DNA of 18,908 nt from Candidatus Odinarchaeia archaeon (GCA_029856525.1 JAHQXC010000019.1:1-18908); one strand, 5' to 3'; positions 7,598 to 15,312 are shown, numbered from the stretch's first letter. Notes: generated by a model from the sequence alone, not told the origin. Program-made: numbers and translations.

Positions 7598-7993
7598 ATG
7601 CCGCATGAATTCACTTATAGAGGGTTTACTCTAGAAGAATTACAGAAAATGAGCATGGACCAGTTTATCACGTTACTCCCCAGCAGGTATAGGAGGAGTT
7701 TGAAAAGAGTATCTCAGCAGCAGAAAAAATTTTTAGAGAAGATAAGAAGGATCAAGTCTTCAGGTAAAGGCAATGTTAAAATAAGAACGCATATCAGGGA
7801 GGCTGTAATCCTACCGGAGATGGTGGGGTTAACTATTTACGTGCATAACGGTAAAGAGTTTCTCCCAGTTGAGATAACCCCTGATCATATAGGCCATTAC
7901 CTCGGCGAGTTCGCGCCGACATGCAAGAAAGTGGTTCACGGTAATCCTGGTATAGGTGCAACCAAGTCCTCGCTGTACGTGCCTCTGAAATAG
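7598..7993 (+). CDS. rps19: 30S ribosomal protein S19 (uS19)
   Basis: FTYRG...IRTHIRE...ILPEMVG...VHNGKEF...[12 protein letters not shown]...[14 protein letters not shown], archaeal uS19 signature. Confidence 0.97.
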   Translation: MPHEFTYRGFTLEELQKMSMDQFITLLPSRYRRSLKRVSQQQKKFLEKIRRIKSSGKGNVKIRTHIREAVILPEMVGLTIYVHNGKEFLPVEITPDHIGHYLGEFAPTCKKVVHGNPGIGATKSSLYVPLK

Positions 7994-8003
7994 AGAATAT
8001 TCT

Positions 8004-8795
8004 TCAACTATAAGCGAAGAATCTTCTATCATTTCTCTTCACTTTCAGCGGGTAGTTGAATAGCTCGCTTATATTCTCAGACGTTAACACCTCATCTATC
8101 AGACCAGCCTTCATAACTTCACCTTTCTTTAAAAGCAGCGCGTTAGTGAAGCTGGAAGGTATCTCTTCAAGATTGTGAACGACTAGAATAACCGTTACAT
8201 CTAATCTTTCACGGCTTAGCTTATCTATTAAGTTAAGCATCCGCTCCCGGCTCGGTAGATCTAAGCCCTGGCACGGTTCATCTAATAATAGGAGGCTAGG
8301 GTTAGCCATTAAAGCTCTTCCGATAAGGCTTCTTTGCTGTTCCCCTCTTGAAAGATTATTAAATTTCTCATATTTTATTTTAGAGCAGTCTAGAAAGTCG
8401 ATTATGCTCTCAGCGTATTCTAAATCCTCCCGTGAGGGTTTATCATATAAGCCGAAGCTTGCGAATTTACCTGATAATATAACTTGTAGGAAACTATTAT
8501 TCTGGGGAATACACTGAAGCAGATCCGGTGATACGAAGCCTATTCTCTGTCGTAGAACTCTGAGATTAACTTCTCCGAATAAGTAGCCTAATACTTTAAT
8601 CCTACCGCTAGAAGGCCAGATATACCCGGAGATCATTTTCAGTAATGTTGTTTTACCGGCTCCATTCTCGCCTAGAATAACCCATCTTTCACCCGGTAAA
8701 ACCCGCCAAGATACGTTTCTAAGAATTACACGATCCCCTCTAATATAATATATGTTTTCAAATTCAACTGCACAGTTATTTGACAATTTAAGCAC
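8004..8795 (-). CDS. Single-domain ABC ATPase (ModF/YlmA-like), no adjacent permease
   Basis: Walker A GENGAGKTT, Q-loop region GFVSP, signature LSRGEQQR, Walker B LLLLDEP, H-loop VVHN. Alternative start TTG 8786 has a GGTG SD. Confidence 0.9.
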   Translation of the reverse strand: MLKLSNNCAVEFENIYYIRGDRVILRNVSWRVLPGERWVILGENGAGKTTLLKMISGYIWPSSGRIKVLGYLFGEVNLRVLRQRIGFVSPDLLQCIPQNNSFLQVILSGKFASFGLYDKPSREDLEYAESIIDFLDCSKIKYEKFNNLSRGEQQRSLIGRALMANPSLLLLDEPCQGLDLPSRERMLNLIDKLSRERLDVTVILVVHNLEEIPSSFTNALLLKKGEVMKAGLIDEVLTSENISELFNYPLKVKRNDRRFFAYS

Positions 8796-8800
8796 CGTGA

Positions 8801-8808
8801 TAAAAAAA
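8801..8808 (-). terminator. Putative oligo-T archaeal terminator after ferredoxin
   Basis: T7 run (plus strand 8802-8808) about 15 nt after the ferredoxin stop on the minus strand. Confidence 0.4.
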
Positions 8809-8822
8809 TAAGGGGGTAAAGG

Positions 8823-9050
8823 TTAAGTGACTTCTATCGCTTCCACCGCGCAGCTTTCAGCGCCGTCTCTAGCACATTTTTCAAGCTCTTTCCCCACTTC
8901 TCCTATGCTATATTTATCAGACTGCTCCTTCAAGTATTTAGCTACTATCCTTGACTTCCCTTCGTCATCGCTTTCATAAACGTCGGGGCATATAGAATAA
9001 CAGGTTCCGCATGCTATGCATAATTCACGGTCAACTTTTACTTTAACCAC
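8823..9050 (-). CDS. Single-cluster [4Fe-4S] ferredoxin (Pyrococcus/Thermococcus type)
   Basis: CIACGTCYSICP plus C-terminal CARDGAESCAVEAI; GTG start with AGGAGG SD at 9058-9063. Confidence 0.93.
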   Translation of the reverse strand: MVKVKVDRELCIACGTCYSICPDVYESDDEGKSRIVAKYLKEQSDKYSIGEVGKELEKCARDGAESCAVEAIEVT

Positions 9051-9144
9051 TAGTAAGCCTCCTAATAATATAGTTGTAAAATAATAGTAAGCGCAACATT
9101 TTTATATCTTACTATATTTTCTCAATGTAGCTAGACCTGACTTG

Positions 9145-9190
9145 CTGAAAAACTTTTAAAAGTTTACCAGCAATCATCGTTATAATAAAA
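9145..9190 (+). promoter_or_regulatory. Putative promoter of the rpl22-rpl15 operon
   Basis: GAAAAAC+TTTTAAAA near 9147-9161 and TTATAATAAAA near 9180-9190 in the divergent gap; which is used is unknown. Confidence 0.4.
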
Positions 9191-9221
9191 AGTAGTGGAT
9201 AATGTAGTAAAAGGTGCGAAT

Positions 9222-9710
9222 ATGCCTAAATTCCGTTACTCAATAATCGGGATAGACCCGGATACCACAGCTAAGGGTAGTGCACGCGAGGTTCACGCCT
9301 CACCTAAAGAGACGAGAGAGCTTTGCGCTGCTATTAAAAATATGAGGTTAAATGAGGCTAAACAATATCTTGAAGATGTTATAATGAAACGTAGACCTGT
9401 AGCATTTAGAAGATATAAGAAAAAGGTGCCTCATAAGCGGGGTCTAGATAAATGGTATGCGGGTCGTTACCCTGTTAAATCAGCTATCGAAGTATTGAAG
9501 GTTCTCCAGAATGTTGAAGCTAACGCTGAGGCTAAAGGACTTGACGTTGACGGTTTAAAGATAATTCACGCGGCTGTTCATAGAGGACGCTGTATTCGTA
9601 AAGCGATTCCAAGAGCTTTTGGAAGAGCTACACCCTATTATGAATGTTTAATTCACATAGAGATCGTAGCCTCCCAGCTCGGTGTAGGGGAGATAGAGGA
9701 GGTTTCATGA
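9222..9710 (+). CDS. rpl22: 50S ribosomal protein L22 (uL22)
   Basis: HASPKETRELC, YKKKVPHKRG, AGRYPVKSA, PRAFGRATP. Start moved from GTG 9195 to ATG 9222 (AGGTG SD at 9212-9216). Confidence 0.96.
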   Translation: MPKFRYSIIGIDPDTTAKGSAREVHASPKETRELCAAIKNMRLNEAKQYLEDVIMKRRPVAFRRYKKKVPHKRGLDKWYAGRYPVKSAIEVLKVLQNVEANAEAKGLDVDGLKIIHAAVHRGRCIRKAIPRAFGRATPYYECLIHIEIVASQLGVGEIEEVS

Positions 9711-10489
9711 ATATGCCTGCTAAAACACACTTTGTTCAAACCGGATTGAAGCATACTGAAATAGACGCTTTCCTCGCTAAAGAGTTAAGTAAAGCAGGTT
9801 ACAGCGGTGTGGATATTCAGAAAACACCTTTAGGAGCTAGAGTTATAATATACGCTGAACGCCCTGGAATAGTTATCGGAAGATCTGGTAAGAATATAAA
9901 AGATTTAACAACTATTCTAGAGGAAAAATTCGGTCTTGAAAACCCTCAGATAGAGGTTAGTGAATTAGAAGTACCTGAACTTAAAGCACGGGTTGTGGCT
10001 AATCTACTAGTTCAGAGATTGGAGCGAGGAGACCATTTTAGAAGAGCCGCCTACGCTATCATGCGCAGGGTTATGGCTGCAGGTGCTAAAGGTGTTGAAA
10101 TAAAGATTTCAGGTAAGCTTTCAAGCGAGAGAGCTAAATACCAGAAGTTCCGCGACGGTGTTGTCTGTAAAGCCGGTGAACCAGCCATGCGTTACGTAGA
10201 TTACGCTGCTCTCCAAGCTTATCTTAAGCCTGGTATTATGGGTGTTCAAGTAAAAATAATGCCTCCTGACGTTGAGATGCCGGATGTTATTAAAATAAAA
10301 CCGCGCGAGGAGCCTACGCCTGTTAAAGAGGGTCTTGAACCATCCCAGACTATTGAGGAACCTGTTAAATCTGAGAGCATGGAACCAGCAGCTTCCAAGA
10401 ATGAAGTGCAAGCTGAGGGTTCAGAGGAGTCGGAGCCCCCTCAAGAGGCTAAACCTGAGTCTACTATTGAAGAATTAAAGGAGGAGTAG
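9707..10489 (+). CDS. rps3: 30S ribosomal protein S3 (uS3) with acidic C-terminal extension
   Basis: KTPLGARVIIYAERPGIVIGRSG, KGVEIKISGKL, PGIMGVQVKIMPP. Start set at ATG 9707 (ATGA overlap, GGAGG SD). Confidence 0.97.
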   Translation: MNMPAKTHFVQTGLKHTEIDAFLAKELSKAGYSGVDIQKTPLGARVIIYAERPGIVIGRSGKNIKDLTTILEEKFGLENPQIEVSELEVPELKARVVANLLVQRLERGDHFRRAAYAIMRRVMAAGAKGVEIKISGKLSSERAKYQKFRDGVVCKAGEPAMRYVDYAALQAYLKPGIMGVQVKIMPPDVEMPDVIKIKPREEPTPVKEGLEPSQTIEEPVKSESMEPAASKNEVQAEGSEESEPPQEAKPESTIEELKEE

Positions 10490-10491
10490 AA

Positions 10492-10707
10492 TTGGCGATA
10501 TACCGGATGAATCAAATCCGCGGCATGAGCGATGAAGAACTTGATAAAAAATTAGAGGAACTATACGCAGAACTATCGCAGCAGAGAGTTCTCATAGCAG
10601 GAGGAGGCGCTGTCGAAAATCCTAGTAGAATCAGATTGCTGAGAAGAACTATAGCTAAAATTTTAACAGTTAAAAACGAACGGTTAAAGAAACCGGAGGT
10701 CAAGTAA
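10492..10707 (+). CDS. rpl29: 50S ribosomal protein L29 (uL29)
   Basis: IRGMSDEEL...ENPSRIRLLRRTIAKILTV; TTG start with GGAGGAG SD. Confidence 0.95.
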   Translation: MAIYRMNQIRGMSDEELDKKLEELYAELSQQRVLIAGGGAVENPSRIRLLRRTIAKILTVKNERLKKPEVK

Positions 10708-10708
10708 A

Positions 10709-10987
10709 GTGCGCGATGAAATCGCTCAAAAAAATATTTTAACGCTTATAGGCTCCGAGATTAAAATAGTCGGGTCTTCGGATAGAAGCCTTAAAGGTTT
10801 AACAGGTTTAGTGTTAGATGAGACTAAAAACATGATAATTATGAGAAAAAATACGCGGATCCTTAAGATTCCTAAAAAAGCGGTTAAAATCATGTTTAAA
10901 CAGAAATCACAGCGTATAACAGTTAACGGCGCTCAGCTGATAGGATTACCGGAGAATAGGATAAAAAACTACTATGGGAGGGGTTAA
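10709..10987 (+). CDS. rnp1: Ribonuclease P protein component 1 (aRpp29/POP4)
   Basis: LIG...SSDRSLKGLTGLVLDETKNM...IPKK...F...G..LIGLPENRIK; canonical position between rpl29 and rps17; GTG start with GGAGGT SD. Confidence 0.88.
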   Translation: MRDEIAQKNILTLIGSEIKIVGSSDRSLKGLTGLVLDETKNMIIMRKNTRILKIPKKAVKIMFKQKSQRITVNGAQLIGLPENRIKNYYGRG

Positions 10988-10990
10988 ATC

Positions 10991-11326
10991 TTGCGTAATA
11001 TTGGTGTAGACGTTAAACCGCCTAAAAATGAATGCGATGATCCTAAATGTCCATTCCACGGCTCTCTTCCTATAAGAGGGAGAATAATGGAAGGCGTGGT
11101 GACAGGTGTAAAAATGATGGAGACGATAACAGTTAGACGCGATTATCTATGGTATGTTAAAAAATATAAAAGATATGAGAGACGTCACACTCAGATTTCA
11201 GCCCATCTACCAGGCTGCATTGAAGTTAAAGAAGGGGACCGTGTTAAAATAGCGGAGTGCCGTCCGCTCTCTAAAACTGTAAGTTTCGTTGTAATTGAGA
11301 AAATGGAGGATAACGCGAATGTCTAG
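10991..11326 (+). CDS. rps17: 30S ribosomal protein S17 (uS17)
   Basis: RNIGVDV.PP...[36 protein letters not shown]; TTG start. Confidence 0.97.
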   Translation: MRNIGVDVKPPKNECDDPKCPFHGSLPIRGRIMEGVVTGVKMMETITVRRDYLWYVKKYKRYERRHTQISAHLPGCIEVKEGDRVKIAECRPLSKTVSFVVIEKMEDNANV

Positions 11327-11807
11327 TAAACCTGATAAAGCTCAGAAGAAAGCCCCGGTTACGAAAGCCGCTAAAGCCGGCGGGGCTAAAAGAGCTAGAA
11401 GAAAGATTGAATTAATTATTAAACCGAAGATATCCAGGGGTTTATCAGTAGGCTCCTATATAAAATGCGCTGATAATTCAGGCGCTAAACTATTAAAAAT
11501 AATCAGCGTCCTCGGGTATAAAGGCCCAATCAACCGATTACCTAACGCTAGTGTAGGCGACATGGTCGTCGTCTCAGTTAAGCAGGGAACCCCTGAAATG
11601 AGAAGGCAGGTCTTAAACGCGGTTATCATCAGGCAGAGGAAACCATATAGACGGCCAACCGGCGAGTGGGTTCAATTCGAAGATAACGCCGCCGTCATAA
11701 CCTCACCTGTAGGTGAACCTAAAGCCTCCGAGATCAGAGGCGCTATGGCTTTAGAGGCTGCTAGCAGGTGGCCTAGGCTCGCATCCGCGGCTAGCACTGT
11801 GGTTTAA
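11319..11807 (+). CDS. rpl14: 50S ribosomal protein L14 (uL14) with Lys/Ala-rich N-terminal extension
   Basis: [31 protein letters not shown]...FEDNAAVI. Start set at ATG 11319 (GGAGG SD 11305-11309). Confidence 0.96.
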   Translation: MSSKPDKAQKKAPVTKAAKAGGAKRARRKIELIIKPKISRGLSVGSYIKCADNSGAKLLKIISVLGYKGPINRLPNASVGDMVVVSVKQGTPEMRRQVLNAVIIRQRKPYRRPTGEWVQFEDNAAVITSPVGEPKASEIRGAMALEAASRWPRLASAASTVV

Positions 11808-11822
11808 GGAGTTTGATAGGAT

Positions 11823-12188
11823 ATGATATCTAGAAAACCGTCTAAGCAAAGAAAAATATTATTCGCGCTCCCCCATCATAGAAGAGTTAAGCTAATGGAG
11901 TGCAGGCTAAGCGATGAACTAGCTGAAGAGTTAGGTGTGAGAAGGCTTCCGATAAGGAAAGGAGACAGTGTAATGGTTATATCCGGGGAGTTTAAAGGCA
12001 GTGAGGGAACTGTTACAAGAGTTGATAGGAAAAACTACACTATCCGAGTTAAAGAACTTTCAATTGAGAAAGCTGACGGTGCTGAATACAATGTCCCCAT
12101 CCACTACTCTAACGTAATTATTACGAAGATAGAGAAAGATAAATGGCGTTCAAAGATAATAGAGCGCCGCGCCGCTAAAGGAGGATAA
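11823..12188 (+). CDS. rpl24: 50S ribosomal protein L24 (uL24)
   Basis: KPSKQRK, KOW motif RKGDSVMVISGEFKG, PIHYSNVIITK. Confidence 0.95.
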   Translation: MISRKPSKQRKILFALPHHRRVKLMECRLSDELAEELGVRRLPIRKGDSVMVISGEFKGSEGTVTRVDRKNYTIRVKELSIEKADGAEYNVPIHYSNVIITKIEKDKWRSKIIERRAAKGG

Positions 12189-12192
12189 GATT

Positions 12193-12954
12193 ATGGGTAA
12201 ACTCGGTCCTACACTCCACCTTAAAAGATTAAACGCTCCAAGACTATGGAGAATACCGCGTAAAACAGTTAAATTCGCAATAAAAACCACACCAGGCCCG
12301 CATAAAAAAGGCTTGTATCTACCTTTAGGAATGATTATTCGAGATATACTCGGCTACGCTAAAACATTGAAAGAAGTAAAATATATTTTAACGAATAAAA
12401 TGGTTTTAATAAACGGTAAACCGCGTGTAAACTACAGGTTCCCTGTCGGATTAATGGATGTAATTGAAATACCGAAAACCAAGGAAGCATACAGAGTTTT
12501 AATCAACCCTAAAGGGTTCATACTACACCCTATACCTAAAAAAGAAGCTTCAGTAAGGTTATGCATGATAATGAATAAAACATCCGTTAAAGGCGGCCAC
12601 ATACAGCTTAATTTAAGCGACGGCTCTAATATTCTAATAAAAGTTAAAAACCCTGAGAAACCTGTTGAAGATAAATACCATACTAAAGACTCTCTTCTAA
12701 TAAATAACGCTGATAATAAGATCAAAGAACACATCCCGTTAAAAGAGGGCTCTTATGTATTAATCTTCGCCGGTAAAAGCATGGGTTACACAGGGGTTGT
12801 TAAAAATATAACTAAGCATCCAGGCCCCTTCGCCAGCGTGGTAACCGTGTCAACAGAAAACCAGGGTGAAGTTACAACAGCTTTAGAATACGTATTCCCG
12901 ATCGGCGTGGATAAACCTTTAATCTCCCTACCAGAGGTGTCAGCGAATGAGTGA
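12193..12954 (+). CDS. rps4e: 30S ribosomal protein S4e (eS4)
   Basis: HLKRLNAP, PGPHK, FPVGLMDVI, VKGGHIQLNLSDGSN, YVFPIG. Confidence 0.97.
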   Translation: MGKLGPTLHLKRLNAPRLWRIPRKTVKFAIKTTPGPHKKGLYLPLGMIIRDILGYAKTLKEVKYILTNKMVLINGKPRVNYRFPVGLMDVIEIPKTKEAYRVLINPKGFILHPIPKKEASVRLCMIMNKTSVKGGHIQLNLSDGSNILIKVKNPEKPVEDKYHTKDSLLINNADNKIKEHIPLKEGSYVLIFAGKSMGYTGVVKNITKHPGPFASVVTVSTENQGEVTTALEYVFPIGVDKPLISLPEVSANE

Positions 12955-13486
12955 GAGAGATATCTTAAACGATTGGAATAGTAATCCTATGAGGAAACCT
13001 AGATTAGCGAGTGTAACCGTTAATATAGGAGTCGGAATGTCAGGTGAAAAATTAAATAAAGCGTTAACAGTATTAGAGACTATAACAGGCCAGAAACCTG
13101 TAGCAACCTTAGCTAAAAAAAGTGTCCGAGACTTTTCTATTAAAGCCGGTGAAAGAATAGGCGCTAAGGTTACTCTGAGAGGCAGTAAAGCTGAAGAATT
13201 CTTGAAAAAAGCCCTCGAAGTTGTAGAGTATAAAATCCCTGAAAGCCACTTCGACCCTTATGGAAACGTTTCATTCGGGATAAAAGAGCATATTGAAATT
13301 CCAGGAGCTGAATATGATCCTGAAATCGGTATATTCGGCATGGATGTATGTATCACTATCGAGCGCCCAGGGTATAGAATTAAAAAACGGAGAGTCTTCA
13401 AAAGAAAGATACCGATCTCTCACCGGGTTAAGAGAGAGGAGGCTATCCTCTTCATGAAAGAAAAATTTGGAGTTAAAATAGAGTAA
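12947..13486 (+). CDS. rpl5: 50S ribosomal protein L5 (uL5)
   Basis: NPMRKPR, VNIGVG, IGAKVTLRG, FDPYGNVSFGIKEHIEIPG.EYDPEIGIFGMDV. Confidence 0.97.
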   Translation: MSERDILNDWNSNPMRKPRLASVTVNIGVGMSGEKLNKALTVLETITGQKPVATLAKKSVRDFSIKAGERIGAKVTLRGSKAEEFLKKALEVVEYKIPESHFDPYGNVSFGIKEHIEIPGAEYDPEIGIFGMDVCITIERPGYRIKKRRVFKRKIPISHRVKREEAILFMKEKFGVKIE

Positions 13487-13498
13487 AGGTGAGTGAAG

Positions 13499-13645
13499 AT
13501 GGCGGCGAAAACTTACGGTAAAGGTTCTAGAACATGTAAACTATGCGGAACCCATCAAGCGATTATTAGACGGTATGGTTTAAACATATGCCGTCGCTGC
13601 TTCAGAGAACAAGCTAAACAAATAGGCTTTAAAAAATACAGTTAG
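13499..13645 (+). CDS. rps14: 30S ribosomal protein S14 (uS14, zinc type); not in the supplied ORF track
   Basis: Hand translation [48 protein letters not shown] (48 aa), CxxC...CxxC; AGGTGA SD; canonical position between rpl5 and rps8. Confidence 0.96.
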   Translation: MAAKTYGKGSRTCKLCGTHQAIIRRYGLNICRRCFREQAKQIGFKKYS

Positions 13646-13655
13646 GTGAGGTTAC

Positions 13656-14048
13656 TTGACGTTAATGGACCCGTTAGCTAACGCATTATCTAATATAATT
13701 AATAGAGAGCGGATAGGTAAAAAAGAGTGTATTATCGCGCCAGCCTCCAAGCTTATCGCAAACACTCTTAGAGTTATGCAGAAGACAGGTTACATAGGAG
13801 AATTCGAGTATGTTGACGACGGGAGAGCTGGCAAATTCCGTGTTCAATTATTAGGAAGAATAAATAAATGCGGTGTGATAAAACCCAGATACCCTGTTAA
13901 ATACAGTGAGCTTGATAAATGGGAGAGTGAATTCCTCCCCTCAAAAGACTTCGGAATACTCCTCATCACAACACCTCAAGGCGTTATGAGCCACCTAGAA
14001 GCTAGAGAGAAAAAAATCGGCGGCAGACTATTAGCTTACGTATATTAG
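13656..14048 (+). CDS. rps8: 30S ribosomal protein S8 (uS8)
   Basis: [45 protein letters not shown]; TTG start with AGGTGAGG SD. Confidence 0.97.
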   Translation: MTLMDPLANALSNIINRERIGKKECIIAPASKLIANTLRVMQKTGYIGEFEYVDDGRAGKFRVQLLGRINKCGVIKPRYPVKYSELDKWESEFLPSKDFGILLITTPQGVMSHLEAREKKIGGRLLAYVY

Positions 14049-14058
14049 AGGGATCCTG

Positions 14059-14628
14059 ATGGTTAAAGTAGATTATAGCGAGAAATTGATAAGTATCCCT
14101 GCCGGGGTTAACGTGAATATAGAAGGGAAGATTATCACAGCCACCGGTCCTAAAGGAACAGTGAAAAAAGACTTCACAGCCGCACCGTTCAAATTTGAAA
14201 TAGTAGATAACGCTGTGAAAATTTATAAGAATAATTTAAATAAGAAAGAGCTTGCAATGCTAGGGACGCTAGCGTCACATGTGAAAAACATGTTTACCGG
14301 TGTAACTAAAGGTTATACGTATAAGATGAAAATAGTTTACGCGCACTTTCCTATAACTGTTAAAGTAGCTGGCCCAGATAAACTTCAAATCGAAAACTTC
14401 GGCGGGGAACGCTACCCTAGAATAGCTAAAATACTTGAAGGCGTCTCAGTTCGCGTTGAAGGAGATGATTTAATAATTACAGGCGCTGATAAAGAAGCAG
14501 TCTCACAGACAGCGGCTAATATTCAACAAACCTGTAAGATCAGAGATAAGGATCCGAGAGTCTTCATGGATGGCATATACGTATACCAGAAACTTGAAGG
14601 TGATGAAATCTTCTGGAAGCTTATCTAA
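14059..14628 (+). CDS. rpl6: 50S ribosomal protein L6 (uL6)
   Basis: GPKG, YKMKIVYAHFPI, NFGGE, AANIQQ...DPRVFMDGIYV. Confidence 0.97.
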   Translation: MVKVDYSEKLISIPAGVNVNIEGKIITATGPKGTVKKDFTAAPFKFEIVDNAVKIYKNNLNKKELAMLGTLASHVKNMFTGVTKGYTYKMKIVYAHFPITVKVAGPDKLQIENFGGERYPRIAKILEGVSVRVEGDDLIITGADKEAVSQTAANIQQTCKIRDKDPRVFMDGIYVYQKLEGDEIFWKLI

Positions 14629-14640
14629 CGGTGAAATAAT

Positions 14641-15312
14641 ATGAGTGAAATTAGCAAACTTATTAAACTTAGAGCGAAAATTAAAAGCCGTAAGCCGGCT
14701 TTCATAAGACAGGAGAGCTGGAAGTATAAGAGGCTAAGCGAAGCATGGCGGAGACCGCGTGGTTTAGACAACAAGGTTAGAAAATGTAAAAAAGGTTATA
14801 TTAAAATGCCTAACATAGGCTACCGGTCTCCTAGAAAGGTTAGAGGTTACCATCCTACGGGTAGAGTTGAAGTTCTGGTTGAAAACATTAAGCAGCTTGA
14901 TCTCCTAGACCCGGCTAAACATATTATCAGGCTTTCATCAAAGCTAGGGATGCGTAAGAAAACCGAGATAGTTCAATTAGCTCAAGAGAAAGGGTTACCG
15001 ATAACAAATCTACCTTTAAAGAGAGCTGAAACCCCTGAAAAATGGGAGAAGCTGACAGAGCTTGAAACAGAGGAGTTAAAACCGGAGCTAGATGAAAAAT
15101 ACGTGGAGGAGCTTGAAGCGGAAGGAGCGCTTGAAGGCCTACCTGAATACGAAGTTGAAGAAAAAGAGAAAGCCGGTAAACCTGAGAAAACCGCTAGGAA
15201 AACCAAGGCTTCTAGGAAGAAAGAGGAAGCTAAATCTAATCTTAAAGAAGGAGAGCAGAGTAAGACAGGTAAAAAATTAAAGCGAACTGTGAAAAAGGTT
15301 GATGAAAAATGA
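14641..15312 (+). CDS. rpl32e: 50S ribosomal protein L32e (eL32) with about 100-aa charged C-terminal extension
   Basis: FIRQESWKYKRL...WRRPRGLDNK...PNIGYRSP...HPTG; the core ends near residue 123 of 223. Confidence 0.96.
   Translation: MSEISKLIKLRAKIKSRKPAFIRQESWKYKRLSEAWRRPRGLDNKVRKCKKGYIKMPNIGYRSPRKVRGYHPTGRVEVLVENIKQLDLLDPAKHIIRLSSKLGMRKKTEIVQLAQEKGLPITNLPLKRAETPEKWEKLTELETEELKPELDEKYVEELEAEGALEGLPEYEVEEKEKAGKPEKTARKTKASRKKEEAKSNLKEGEQSKTGKKLKRTVKKVDEK

Noticed and set aside
7829-8032. 67-aa minus-strand ORF
   Set aside because: Antisense to the highly conserved rps19.
10707-10709. No aIF1/SUI1 gene between rpl29 and rnp1
   Set aside because: Present there only in some archaeal lineages; absence is ordinary.
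9195-11318. Longer ORF-track starts for rpl22 (9195), rps3 (9644) and rpl14 (11295)
   Set aside because: SD position, stop/start overlaps and homology favour 9222, 9707 and 11319; the apparent extra N-termini are artefacts.
10121-12734. Antisense ORFs 10121-10411, 10512-10703 and 12432-12734
   Set aside because: Opposite conserved ribosomal-protein genes; no independent evidence.
14982-15280. Overlapping ORFs 14982-15206 (-) and 15092-15280 (+) in the eL32 tail
   Set aside because: Expected by-products of purine-rich low-complexity Glu/Lys coding; no SD or evidence of frameshifting.
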